Part shown: one piece after another, positions 24,759 through 36,586 of the stretch
How the letters are laid out: each line of letters begins with the position of its first letter
How positions within the stretch are numbered: position 1 is the first letter of the stretch
DNA from: Malacoraja senta
Taxonomy: Eukaryota
Direction of reading: 5' to 3'
Length of the DNA stretch: 64,000 bases
Assembly (NCBI GenBank): GCA_038087875.1
Contig: CM075988.1
Coordinates: 18,292,001 to 18,356,000, forward strand
Program-made: the position numbers and the translations under genes
The notes under the pieces: model-generated
What the model was told of the DNA's origin: nothing
Seen by the model: the letters and a program-made list of their open reading frames with translations, nothing else
Database searches by the model: none

Positions 24759-25339
24759 TCACAGACCCGGGTTCGATCCTAGCAACGGGTGCTGTCTGTA
24801 CGGAGTTTGTACATTCTCCGCGTGACCTGCATGGGTGTTCTCCGGGTGCTCCGGTTTCCTCCCACACTCCAAAGGCGTGCAGGTGTGTAGGTTAATTGGC
24901 TCGGTAGATATGTAAATCATCCCTAGTGGGTGTAGGGTTGTGTTAATGTGCAGGGATCGCTAGTCGGCGCGGACTCGGTGGGCCGAAGGGCCTGTGTATC
25001 ACTAAACTAAATGTTCACATGTACAGTGAAATGCTTTGTTTTGCAGACAAACTAAACTAATCTTCATTGCACAACAATGAATATAAAGCTGCTCATGGAG
25101 CAGGTGCTATAGAAATGCATATCCTCTTTTAAAAATAAAGTACTTCTACATGGTGATCAGGTACATAAAGTGTTTGATTAATACCACCTCCAGGTCTCGT
25201 TTCTCTGCCAAATGCAACATTTACTTGACACTCCTGGTGCCCATTCCTCTAACAGGATACCATAAATTGTGTTTAAAATTATTACATTCTATTCACCATT
25301 TGTCCAACCGATTGTAAATGCAATCGAGACTATGATTAC

Positions 25340-25367
25340 CGTGTCTTCAGACGGGCTCACTATTTCA
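25340..25367 (-). CDS. Candidate 28-nt micro-exon (EIVSPSEDT)
   Basis: Acceptor tttttgttgacag, donor ACG|gtaatc, inside a repeat-free island. Confidence 0.3.
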
Positions 25368-25589
25368 CTGTCAACAAAAATAAGGCAGCTAACATTTTAT
25401 GATACGAAGGACATTCATACAAAATACAAAAGTCACTTCTGTAACAAATCCTGCAGAAAGCCAGTGATTGCGTCTAGCTAATCTGTCATCCCTCTTCCCC
25501 TGTGTACAGGAGCTACTCTGCAATCAACCTAATTCAGATACCTGTTCCGCACTGGATTGATGAGACTTTCAATTTAATAAGTCTTGGCC

Positions 25590-26345
25590 ATGGATGGTTC
25601 GGCAACTCGAACGCCCAGCAATGAAGGGGAACTACGGAGAGTGGCGGACACTGCCCGGGGCAGCCCATCACGAGGTACTTGACCTCCCCGCCATTGAAGG
25701 GACCGCTGCCTCAAAATGGCGGCGTCTAATATCAGAGACCCGCTCCACCCTGGCCACGCTCTCATCCCGCTGCTACCATCGGGGTGAAGGTACAGCAGCC
25801 TGAAAACCGTGATCTCCAGGTTCAAGAACAGCTTCTTCCCAGCGACCATCAGGCTCTTGAACACTGCACAACACTTTTATTTTACCAAAAATAATTTAAA
25901 TCAATTATTTACAAAAATGATCAGTACAATTACAAGACAATACAAACAAACCCACCACCATGAACCAATATAATAAAACAAGTATTCTTAAATTCTGAAT
26001 ATTAAATAACCGTTCCCCCATCCTTATTGAGAATACATTCCACGCCAGCGGTCCCGGAAATCCCCCAGGGTGCCTGTGGACAACGCGCAGTCTCTGTCTA
26101 ACACCGGAAAAGGGACAGCAGCCCGCTCGGGCACTGCACAACACTAACCTCAGCAACTATGACCTGCTACGGACGGTGTCTTTGGTTGCACGAAGGACTG
26201 TGATTTTTGCACTAACATGGTAATCTAGTCTTACAGTAATTCATTGTATTATTGATCATTATATATTTATCTGTGTGTTATTGCAGCAAGTCACAATTGC
26301 ATTGTTTCGCTGCTGGTACATATGACAATCACACCCTCCTGACTC
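25590..26345 (+). mobile_element. Rex1/Babar LINE 3' fragment, interrupted
   Basis: Homologous to 36590-37160; tail atgacaat. Confidence 0.75.
25876..26131 (-). mobile_element. Tx1/L1-clade 3' fragment
   Basis: Similar to 2836-3227; 14-bp TSD CACTGCACAACACT at 25862-25875 and 26132-26145. Confidence 0.75.
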
Positions 26346-26536
26346 TAGAAAATAAAGTCCAGATCTCAAAGGAATTGCACTTTCTGAACAATGTCATTTT
26401 AAATTTATAATAGATCAAAACAAGCTCTCTGCCTCAGAGGGCGGTTCTCTGGATAGTTTCAAGAGAGAGCTAGATAGGGCACTTAAAGATAGCGGAGTCA
26501 GGGGATATTGGGAGAAGGCAGGAATGGGGTACTGAT

Positions 26537-27348
26537 GGGGTACCTTTCACCCCACCAGCCATCACATACAACAAGTAATCCTCCGTCAGTTTCGCCACCT
26601 CCAACGTTATCCCACCACTCGCCACATCTTCCCATCTCCCCCCATGTCTACCTTCCGCAAAGACCGCTCCCTCCGTAACTCCCTTGTCAATTCTTCCCTT
26701 CCCTCCCCTCCCGTACCACCCCCTCCCCGGGCACTTTCCCTTGCAACCGCAAGAGATGCAACACTTGTCCCTTCACCTCCCCCCTCGACTCCATTCAAGG
26801 ACCCAAGCAGTCGTTCCAGGTGCGACAGAGGTTCACCTGCATCTCCTCACACCTCATCTATTGCATCCGCTGCTCTAGATGCCAGCTGATCTACATCGGT
26901 GAGACCAAGCGGAGGCTTGGCGATCGTTTCGCCGAACACCTCCGGTCGGTCCGCAATAACCAACCTGACCTCCCGATGGCTCAGCACTTCAACTCCCCCT
27001 CCCATTCCGTATCTGACCTCTCTGTCCTGGGTCTCCTCCATGGCCAGAGCGAGCAACACCGGAAATTGGAGGAACAGCACCTCATATTCCGCTTGGGGAG
27101 TCTGCATCCTGGGGGCATGAACATTGAATTCTCCCAATTTTGCTAGCCCTTGCTGTCTCCTCCCCTTCCTCAGCCCTCGGGCTGTCACCTCCCATCCCTC
27201 AGCCCTCGGGCTCCTCCTCTGCCTTTTTCCTTTCTTCTCCCCACCCCCTATCAGTCTGAAGAAGGGTTTCGGCCCGAAACGTTGCCTATTTCCTTCGCTC
27301 CATAGATGCTGCTGCACCCGCTGAGTTTCTCCAGCATTTTTGTGTACC
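26537..27348 (+). mobile_element. Penelope-like element 3' fragment (GIY-YIG)
   Basis: ORF 26820-27146; 13-bp TSD ATGGGGTACTGAT at 26524-26536 and 27349-27361 within a CR1 3' end; hammerhead-like core at 27256-27283. Confidence 0.92.
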
Positions 27349-27584
27349 ATGGGGTACTGATTGGGGATGATCAGCCATGATCACATTGAATGGCGGTGCT
27401 GGCTTGAAGGGCCGAATGGCCTACTCCTGCACCTATTGTATAAATTATTGGATTTCACATTTCATCTCACATTTGACAATGAAATTCTCCTGCCCTCGGT
27501 GGCTGAGGGGATGGACAAGGTGTGTCTGAGTCCGAGCTCAGCTTTGTCCACTGGGTTTAGCCACAGAGTTCCCCACCCTGTGCA

Positions 27585-27805
27585 GGAAGCAACTGCAGAT
27601 GCTGGTTTAACCCAAAGATAGGCACAAAATGCTGGAGCAACTCAGCGGGACAGGCAGCATCTCTGGAGAGAAGGAATGGGTGACGTTTCGTGTCGAAACC
27701 TTTCTTCAGTCTGCAGAAGGGTCTCGACCCGAAAAGGTCATGTATTCCTTTCCTTCAGAGATCTCGCTGACCCACTGAGTTACTCCAGCATTTGGTATCT
27801 GTCTT
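27585..27805. mobile_element. Fold-back pair of Penelope-terminal modules
   Basis: Inverted copies joined at cttcag-t-ctgcag. Confidence 0.7.
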
Positions 27806-28677
27806 CCATTTATTTCTTGACAGATACCGCCTGACCTGCTCAATATTCCCAGAATTTTCCGATATTATAGGAGAAATCCTATCAGAATGAATTGAAAGTT
27901 GACGTCCTCTGATTTCACACCAGAAATCGGAGAAGTTAGTATTGAATTGGGTCTGAGAGGGAGTGTTCTGAGGAGATGTGGAGCTGATTGCGTGGAAACG
28001 TCGCCCATTCCTTCTCTCCAGAGATGCAGTCCATCTTGGGTTCACCACCCTCCTCGCTGCCCACTGAGGCTGCAGAGGCACGGGAGGGTCACAGCCCAGG
28101 GCAAACGCTTGCTAACAATCCGAGAGGGTTGGGAATTGCTCACTGACGTTATGTTTTTTGCACTGAGTTGCTGGAACCACTGCTCCAGGCAGCATTTCTC
28201 AGCTTTCTGCTCAGAGGAGTCATCTCATGGAGGTGTACATCTCCACACTGCTGGAGGAACTCAGCGGGTCAGGCAGCCTCTGCGGAGGGAGTGGATAGAC
28301 AGCGTGGCAGGTCGGGACCCTTCCACAGACCGTGCCTGACCTTCAGCCAATGATAAATGAAGGTTCTCGACCCAAAACATCATCTGTCCATTCTCCCCCC
28401 CCCCCCACACACACACACACACAGATGCCACCAAACCCTCTGAGTTCTTCCAGCACTTTGTGTTTTCCTTGGAAGAGATTCCATTGTCTTGCCTCATCAT
28501 TCTTCCCCCAGTGGACTGTGAACAACGTGGTTCCAAGCATTGCCTAATGGCTGTCACGAGCAAAACAGGAAACAATGACTGTGGCCATTGTTACCCACAG
28601 ATTTACAGTATGATACACCGATCTCCAAATCTCAGAAAGAACCTCACTGAGGTTTAGGGATCTTCAAAGGCAACCTG

Positions 28678-28855
28678 GACACAAAGTGCTGGAGTAACTC
28701 AGCAGGTCAGGCATCATCTCTGGAGAACACGGATAGGTGACGTTTCAGGTTGGGACCCTTCTTCAGACACAAAGTGCTGGAGTAACTCAGCGGGTCAGGC
28801 ATCAACTCTGGAGAACACGGATAGGTGACGTTTCGGGACAGGACCCTTCTTCGGT
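28678..28855 (-). repeat. Tandem dimer (88-bp period) of the Penelope-terminal module
   Basis: gacacaaagtgctggagtaactcagc starts at 28678 and 28766. Confidence 0.85.
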
Positions 28856-29699
28856 CTCAGGAGTTTCAGTGAAGAAGCGAAGATGAAGAATAACGATGCC
28901 CGTGAGCCTGTCCACGTCAGCTGCTCGTGCAGGCTGGCTGAACACCGGCCGAAGATGTACGAGGCTGCCTTCGGATGGCTTGGCCGTTGGCCAAGTTGAA
29001 TGGTTCCTCTTGGCTGTTAAAGAAGGAACTGCAGATGCTGGAAAATCGAAGGCACACAAGAATGCTGGAGAAACTCAGCGGGTGCAGCAGCATCTATGGA
29101 GCGAAGGAAATAGGCAACGTTTTGGGCCGAAACCCTTCTTCAGACCTCTGACGTTCCCCTTGGCTTCCCGGTTAGCGCACCGTGCGGCAGCAGGGATAAC
29201 CGAATGACTGGCGCAGCCCTGATATCAGCTTGTGTCCAGACATGTTGCCAGTTGCTAATCTTTGTTAGTTTAATGTGGTTTGGCATTTGGCGAGTGTTTA
29301 AAATGAATTCCCCGCAGCTGTGCTAAGCAACCACAGTCTCCCTGCCAAGCAAGGTTTGAGTAACCAAGTGTGATGAATTAACGAGTTTTTCTGGATTAAT
29401 GAGCTAAGATTCCACAGATATGTGATGTGAATACTTTATTTGTAAAAGCCCAACGGTGTGTGAGTTGTACTGGTCTTAAACAAATTTGCTCGGGCCGCCT
29501 GGCTATTCGAGGAATCCATGTTGAAGTGATGTTGGGTTGGTGTTGGTCTTTCAGGGTTCTATCTGCTTCTCCATCTACACCAAGGGAAACAAGTGCTGCT
29601 CTCAGATGGCCGCTTCGAATCTTCAAAGGCAAGCATCCCTTCCAGATGTACACAGACCTTGCTGAGGCCGAGAGCTCTTCCCGGAGGCTGTGGAGAACT

Positions 29700-29998
29700 G
29701 GAGTGGCAGGGTGGCACAGCGATAGAGTTGCTGCCTCACAGTGCCAGAGACCCGCGTTCGATCCTGACTACAGGTGCTGCCTGAACAGAATTTGTATGTT
29801 CTCCCCGTGACCGCGTGGGTTTTCTTTGTGGATTTTCTTCTCCTCCCACACTCCAGGGATCTGTAGATGAATTGGCTTCTGTAAATTGTCCCTAGCTTGT
29901 AGGGTAGAGCTGGCGAACCGGGATAGCTGGTAGGCACGGACTTGGTGGACCGAAAGGGCCTGTTTTCCGCGCTGTGTCCCCAAAGTCCAATGTCTAAA
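29700..29998 (+). mobile_element. V-SINE (HE1-like)
   Basis: Family consensus. Confidence 0.8.
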
Positions 29999-30689
29999 CT
30001 GGGAGCCGAGACTGGATCATGGGTGACACCAGCACCTCCTTCCCTTGGGGACCCTGTGGCTGCCAGGGGCGGGTCTCATTGTCCACAAAGGGCTTGAGCT
30101 GGTCCCAAGGGTTTTGCTTCATGCTCCAGGCTCACAGGCACGGGCTTTTCTTTGCATGTTGGATCTGTGGCCACTTTGTGGAGACACGAGAATCTGCAGA
30201 TGTTGGAATCCTGAGCTAAAAAGAGGGAGTGTGTCAGAATGAACCGCAGGTGCTGGTTTAACCCGAAGGTAGACACAAAAATCTGGAGTAACTCAGCGGG
30301 ACAGGCAGCATCTCTGGAGAGAAGGAATATGGGTGACGTTTTGGGTCGAGACCCTTCTTCAGAAAAGGAGGGAGACTGCCAGAGAGTCTCAGCAGCAAAG
30401 GCAGAATCTGCCCCGATACCTCCTCCCCCACACCCATCCACAGACCCCAGCCGTCCTTGCAGGTGAGGCAGAGGTCCACATGTGCCCCCTCTAACTCTCA
30501 TCTACTGCAGTCGGTGTTGCCGATGTGGCATCCTCTGTACATCGGCAAGGCCAAGAGTAGAATAGCTGACTATTTCGCCGAACACTTACGTGAGGTTAAA
30601 ACTCGGATCATTCCTCAGTGAGGAAAATTAATGCTGTGGTTTAACAGATTCTTACTATTATTTTTTATTTTTTAGCAGATTCTTACTTT

Positions 30690-31183
30690 TTCGGAGCTCC
30701 CGCAACGGCAGCTTCTCCTGCCCGAGTTGCGGGGTTGAAAATTACACGGAGCAGGGCCTTACATCGCCCGGCGCGGGTTTAGCGGCCGCGGGACTTGCCA
30801 TCGCCCGCCGGGGGCTCCGACATTAAGACTCGGAGCAGGACCTTACATCGCCCGGCGCGGGAATTGCCGTCGCCTGCCCAGGGGCTCCAACATTAACATT
30901 AAGACCCGGAGCGGGGCCTTACATCGCCTGGCGCGCGCCTTAACGGCCGCGGGACTTGCCATCGCCCGCCGGGGGCTTTAACATCGGGAGAATAATGGAA
31001 CACAGGGGAGAGACAAGACTTTGCCTCCATCACAGTGAGGAGGAGATTCACTGTGATGGATGTTTGTGTAAATTGTGTTGGTTGTGTGTGTCTTGGTTCT
31101 TTTCTTGTTGTATGACTGCAGAAACCAAATTTCGTTTGAACTTCATACTTGAGGTTCAAATGACAATAAATAAATTGTATTGT
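30690..31183 (+). mobile_element. GC-rich non-coding retroelement with internal tandem repeats and Rex1-like tail
   Basis: Three ~80-bp internal repeats (ggagc..ccttacatcgcccggcgcg), 13-bp hairpin at 31026-31060, tail aatgacaataaa(ttgta)n. Confidence 0.65.
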
Positions 31184-32495
31184 AGAGAAAAATGTCTGAT
31201 TGAATGCCACAAGACATGTGATCGTTACAGTGCAGGCATCAAGACAACATGAGGACTGAGTCACAGACCACGGAAACAGGCCCTTTGGCCTAACTTACCC
31301 ACGCCAACCAAGATGCCACATCTAAACCTGTCCCACTTGCCTGCATTTGGCCCATATCTCTCCAAACCTATCCTATCCACGGACCTGCCCAAATGTTTCT
31401 TAAACATTGTGATAGTCCCTGCCTCAACTATCTCTGGCAGCTCGTTCCATACACCCACCATCTTCTGGATGAAAAAGTTGCCCCTCAGGTTCCTATTAAA
31501 TCTTTCCCCCCCGCACCTTAAATATCTGTCCTCTAGTTCTTGATTCCCTACACTAATTGCAATGACATTCTGTGTCGCTGTTCAAATTAATTTAAAAAAA
31601 AAATTCAAGTAAAAAAAGGAATTAAAATTACATTAGCATGTCTTTGACATTAACATCTGACAGTAAATCAAAGATGTTTGAACTCTGAGCCAAATCAAAT
31701 TGTCTCAACTGAACAGGAGGCATGATATTGGTGTTTAAGAGGCTTGTAGATAGGCGCATGCAACAGCAGGGAAGACGGATCATGTACAGGCAGATGAGAT
31801 CAGTTTAACTCGACAATATGTTCTGCACAAATATTGTGGCCGAAGGGCCTATTCCTGTGCTATACTGCTCAATGCTCTAGTTATCTTGAGGCTAAAATCA
31901 ATTTCTCACAACCCCAATTTTCTTTAGCAGAGGTTAAAACTCTGATCGTTTCTCAGTAAGGAAAATTAATGCTGTGGCTTAACAGATTCTTACTGTTACG
32001 GAGAAATGCCTGATTGAACTCCACAATGTTGATGGTCATCACAGTGCAGGCATCACCACAACAAGAGGACTGTGTTCATAGAGCCACACAGCACAGAAAC
32101 AGGCCCTTCGGCTCAACCTGCCCAAGCCGACCAACATGCCCCATCTACACCAGACTCACCTGCCCACCTATGGCCCATATCCCTCTAAACCTGTCCTATC
32201 CATGTACCTGTCTAAATGTTTAGTGTCTTAGAATTATAAAATTATATAAAATTATACCGTTGGGTCCCCTCCCCTCAACGTGCGGTTGCGGGGGGGGGGG
32301 GGTATGGGGGGGGGCATGCGGCGTCACACACACTAACCACCCCCCCACACACACACTAACCACCCCCACACACACTAACTACCCCCACACACACTAACTA
32401 CCCCCCTTTATATTATATTGATATTATTAATTTGCTCCTTTTACTCCATAACCTATCCACTGACGCATAGCCCCCAACTCGCAGGCGCATCTAGT

Positions 32496-33010
32496 GAAAC
32501 ATAGAAACATAGAAACTAGGTGCAGGAGTAGGCCATTCGGCCCTTCGAGCCTGCACCGCCATTCAATATGATCATGGCTGATCATCCAACTCAGTATCCC
32601 GTACCTGCCTTCTCTCCATACCCTCTGATCCCTTTAGCCACAAGGGCCACATCTAGCTCCCTCTTAAATATAGCCAATGAACTGGCCTCGACTACCCTCT
32701 GTGGCAGAGAGTTCCAGAGATTCACCACTCTCTGTGTGAAAAAAGTTCTTCTCATCTCGGTTTTAAAGGATTTCCCCCTTATCCTTAAGCTGTGACCCCT
32801 TGTCCTGGACTTCCCCAACATCGGGATGAATCTTCCTGCATCTAGCCTGTCCAACCCCTTAAGAATTTTGTAAGTTTCTATAAGATCCCCTCTCAATCTC
32901 CTAAATTCTAGAGAGTATAAACCAAGTCTATCCAGTCTTTCTTCATAAGACAGTCCTGACATCCCAGGAATCAGTCTGGTGAACCTTCTCTGCACTCCCT
33001 CTATGGCAAT
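32496..33010 (-). mobile_element. CR1 (HER1-like) LINE 3' fragment, young
   Basis: Uninterrupted ORF 32591-32995; nearly identical to 17750-18255. Confidence 0.95.
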
Positions 33011-33595
33011 GAGGGATGAGGGATGAGGGATGAGGGGGAGTAGAGTGAGGGCAGAGAGGAAGGTTGCAGAGACAGAGAGAGGGGCATAGACAGAGAGGGA
33101 GAGGGGGAAGGGAGGGGAGGGGAGGGGGAGAGGGGAGGGGGGAGTGAGGGGGTGGGGTGAGGGGGAGAGGTGGGGGGGAGGAGGGGGGAGGAGAGAGGGG
33201 GGGAGGGGGAGGGAGGCTGGAGGAGGGGTGGAGGGGGAGGGGGGAAGGGGGGAGAGGAGGGGGGAGCGAGAGGAGGGGGAGAGAGAGGAGGGGGAGAGAG
33301 AGGGGGGGGAGAAAGAAAGAGGGGGAGAGAGAGAGAGACAGGAGGGGTAGAGAGAGAGGAGGGGGAGAGAGAGGGAGGAGGGGGAGCGAGAAAGAGAGGG
33401 AAGGGGGGGAAGAGAGAGATAGGACGGGGAGAGAGAGAGAGGGGAGAGAGAGAGAGGAGGGGGAAGAGAGAGGTGGGGGGCAGAGAGAGGATGGAGGGGA
33501 GACAGAGAGAGGTAGACCGGAGAGAGAGAGAGGGGGAGAGAGAGAGGAGAGGGGAGAGAGAGGGAGGAGAGGGGGAGAGAGGGAGGAGTGGAGCG
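33010..33595. repeat. Polypurine (G/A) low-complexity tract
   Basis: Almost only G and A on the plus strand, with many G runs. Confidence 0.95.
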
Positions 33596-34090
33596 GGGCG
33601 GCAGCTCGAGGGGGACCGAGCGAGGCCCAGAGCGATCTGAGGACTGTCAAAAGCAGCGGAGGGCCGGCCGATCATGGCTTCCGCGAGGGGAAGCCCACCC
33701 TCCAGCGTGACAGACGATCGGACGGGGGAGACGGTGAGGTCGTCCCCTGTGACGACCGCCACGGCCACTTTTCCACCACACTTGTCCGCGCCCGCGCTGC
33801 GATAACGACCGCCGCCGCCATGTTGCAGAACTTCAAGGAGCCCAGCGGAGCGCTCAGCACGACTTGAACACGTGTTTAGCGGCTTCAATCCAGAGCTGTG
33901 GGGGGGGCGGGGGGGAGGGAAATAATAAACCCGGGAAATAATTAATCCAATTTTCAGATGAGGGGATTTTGAGATCATGAGGTAAATCTCTACTGGAATA
34001 TGTAAATATTTCACCGTTACCGCGTCGGGTTTTCGAGGAGATGTGAATCAAAGAAAAAGGAGAAGGAATGGGTGACGTTCCGGCACGTGG
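33590..34090. promoter_or_regulatory. CpG island, probable promoter and first exon
   Basis: Unique CpG-rich sequence; GC boxes (ggggcgg at ~33595 and ~33905), YY1-like gccgccatgtt at 33814-33824, E-box cacgtg at ~33869. Confidence 0.7.
33674..33733 (+). CDS. Candidate first coding exon MASARGSPPSSVTDDRTGET
   Basis: Kozak atcATGG, 20 codons, donor ACG|gtgagg, inside the CpG island. Confidence 0.45.
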
Positions 34091-34694
34091 CCCTTCTTCA
34101 GACGCAGACACCGAAAAGGCACCCATTCCCTCTCTCCAGAGATGCTGTCGGTGCCCGCTGAGTTACTCCAGCTTTTTGTGTCTATCTGGTTAGTATTTGG
34201 TGTTGAGAGATTGTGAGCCCCCTGCCCACCGTATCGTTCCATGTCTACCTGCGGTGTAAGCCAGAGATGGGGTCTGGACATTTGCCCCGCACGTCTGCGT
34301 GTCCGAGCGTTATCACAGAGCCACTTTCTGCACGAGCCCCAGTTCTCCCCCGTTCCCTTTGACCCACCGATCCCATCGACCTCTGGCCAGAAGACTCTCA
34401 GTGCCTGCACCTCCCCGACCTCCAGGTCTGGAGCTTCCCCATCCTCAGGATGAACAGACCTTTCCCCCCCCCCCCCCCACCGAATGGCAGGGCCCCTGCT
34501 TCGAGACTGTGAGCACAGCCACAGTGGGACACGCCTGCCTTCACTCACCCCCGCACCGCAAGGCCTTGAAGCATTTGCTGCTTCAACACTGAGTTTTGCT
34601 CTTCTGTCACTCCACAGTGAACAGCTGATTAGCCTGGACCATTCATCAAGTGAAACAGCTGATGTGACAGGTTCAATAAAATAAGCACTACAGT

Positions 34695-35400
34695 GTGAGT
34701 GTGTGTGTGTGTACACGTACGTATGTGTGCCTATGTCAGCATGTACGTGTGTGGGAGTGTACACATGTGTGCATGCGACTGTGTCTTTTTATCCACTTGC
34801 GTGTGCAACTGTGTTTTTCACCCAGAGAGTCGTGAATCTGTGGAATTCTCTGCCACAGATGGCAGTGGAGGCCAATTCACTGGATGTTTTCAAGAGAGAG
34901 TTAGATTTAGCTCTTAGGGCTAACAGAATCAAGGATATGGGGAAAAAGCAGGAATGGGGTACTGATGTCGGATGATCTGCTATGATCATATTGAATGACA
35001 GTGCTGGCTCAAAGGGCCGAATGGCCTACTCCTGCACCTATTTTCTATGTTTCTATGTATGTACATGTGTTTGCATCTGTGTCTGTCTGTATACGTGTTT
35101 GTCTATGTATGTCTGTACATGTGTGTCTATTTGGGTGTATGTGTCTGTGTGTACATCAGTGTGTTTGTCAGTGTGTATTTGTGTGTGTGTGTGTCTGTAT
35201 GTACATATATGTGCTTGAGCATGCGTTTGGGTGTACAACTATGTACATGCATATATTTGTGCCGTGTTTGTGTGTACGCGGCATGTGCCAGTGTGCACGT
35301 GTTTGTGCATACACGCCGTGTGCCAGTGTGCGAGTGTGCATATATCTGTGTGTACACTAGTGTGCATGTGTTTGCCTGTGCCCACTCATGTACACAAGGA
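34695..35400. repeat. Degenerate (GT)n tract interrupted by a CR1 3' fragment (34812-35058, +)
   Basis: Direct reading; FFTQRVVNLWNSLP in the CR1 part. Confidence 0.85.
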
Positions 35401-36069
35401 TACAATTATAAACTGTTGTGCAGAGGAACAAGGACACTGTTCTTCGACAACCAAGTCTGCTCGCTGACTTTCATGAAAGATTAACTGGGAAAAAAACAGT
35501 TCCGAGTTTGACTACATCATCATTCACTCTAAGGGAAAACAGTGCAGGCCAAGATAGCGAAACCCCCTGAACCTCAGGGCAAGTCATTTGTCTGAGGCTC
35601 TCCGTCATTCCTGAGTCAGTCACATCTGTCAGGTCTTGCTGAGACAGACTCACCTCCTTCCTGTACCTGCTTCAACCTCTACCTTGCATTTCCTGTGATT
35701 AAACCAGCTTTGGCAACTTCACAAAGCTCACGAACCTGTACTAACCGGCTGTGACCTGCTTGCCGTGGAATAGTTTAGCTCCATTTCAAACCAGAGACAC
35801 AAGAGACCGCAGATGTTAAACAAAAAACAAAGAGCTGGAGGAGCTCAGCGGGTCAGGCAGCATCTGTGGAGGGAATGGACAGATGACATTTTGGTCGGTC
35901 CCTTCTTCAGACTGATGAAATAGGGGGGGGGGGGGGGGGAGAAAGCTGGAAGAGGGAGGTGGGGCTGGGGAAAGCCTAGCAAGTGATAGGTGGATACAGG
36001 TGGGTGGAGAGTGGTGATACACCATGTAATGTGTGCTTTCCTGGTCAGTTATACTGTAGGAGACTTTCC

Positions 36070-36300
36070 CCTACACCATCCTACACACTAGGGACAACTT
36101 TACAATTTTACCAAAGCTAATTAACCTACAATCCTGTATGTCTTTTGAGTGTGGGAGGAGGCCGGAGCACCCGGAGAAAACCCACGTGGTCACAGGGAGA
36201 ACGTACAAACACTGTACAGACAGCACCCGTAGCCAGGATCGAACCCAGGTCTCTGGAGCTATGAAGCAGCAACTCTACCGCTGCTCCACTGTGCCGCCCC
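36070..36300 (-). mobile_element. V-SINE (HE1-like)
   Basis: Family consensus. Confidence 0.8.
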
Positions 36301-36586
36301 TGTAATTCCCCCCACTCCCCGTCAGTCCCCTGTCACCCTCTCATTCCTCAAACGTCCGTTCTTGCTCCCTCCCCTCTCGAGAGCGCCAGGGAACGCAATG
36401 CGCCAACACACCACTGCCAACCACCACTACACCAGCAGAGTCAGAGCCACAGAACCGTACAGCGCGGAAAAAGGCCCTTCGGCCCACCTTGCCCATGCCA
36501 ACCATGTTGACATACTGGGCCAGCTCACAAGTTCATTATAGGAGTAGAATTAGGCCATTCGGCCCATCAAGTCTACTCCGCCATTC

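Noticed and set aside
29554..29628. Plus-strand exon-like segment with a GC donor
   Set aside because: All frames open, non-canonical donor, no partner exon; likely chance
32943..34014. Pro/Ser/Leu- and Gly/Glu/Arg-rich ORFs up to 337 aa
   Set aside because: Low-complexity purine tract that simply lacks stop codons
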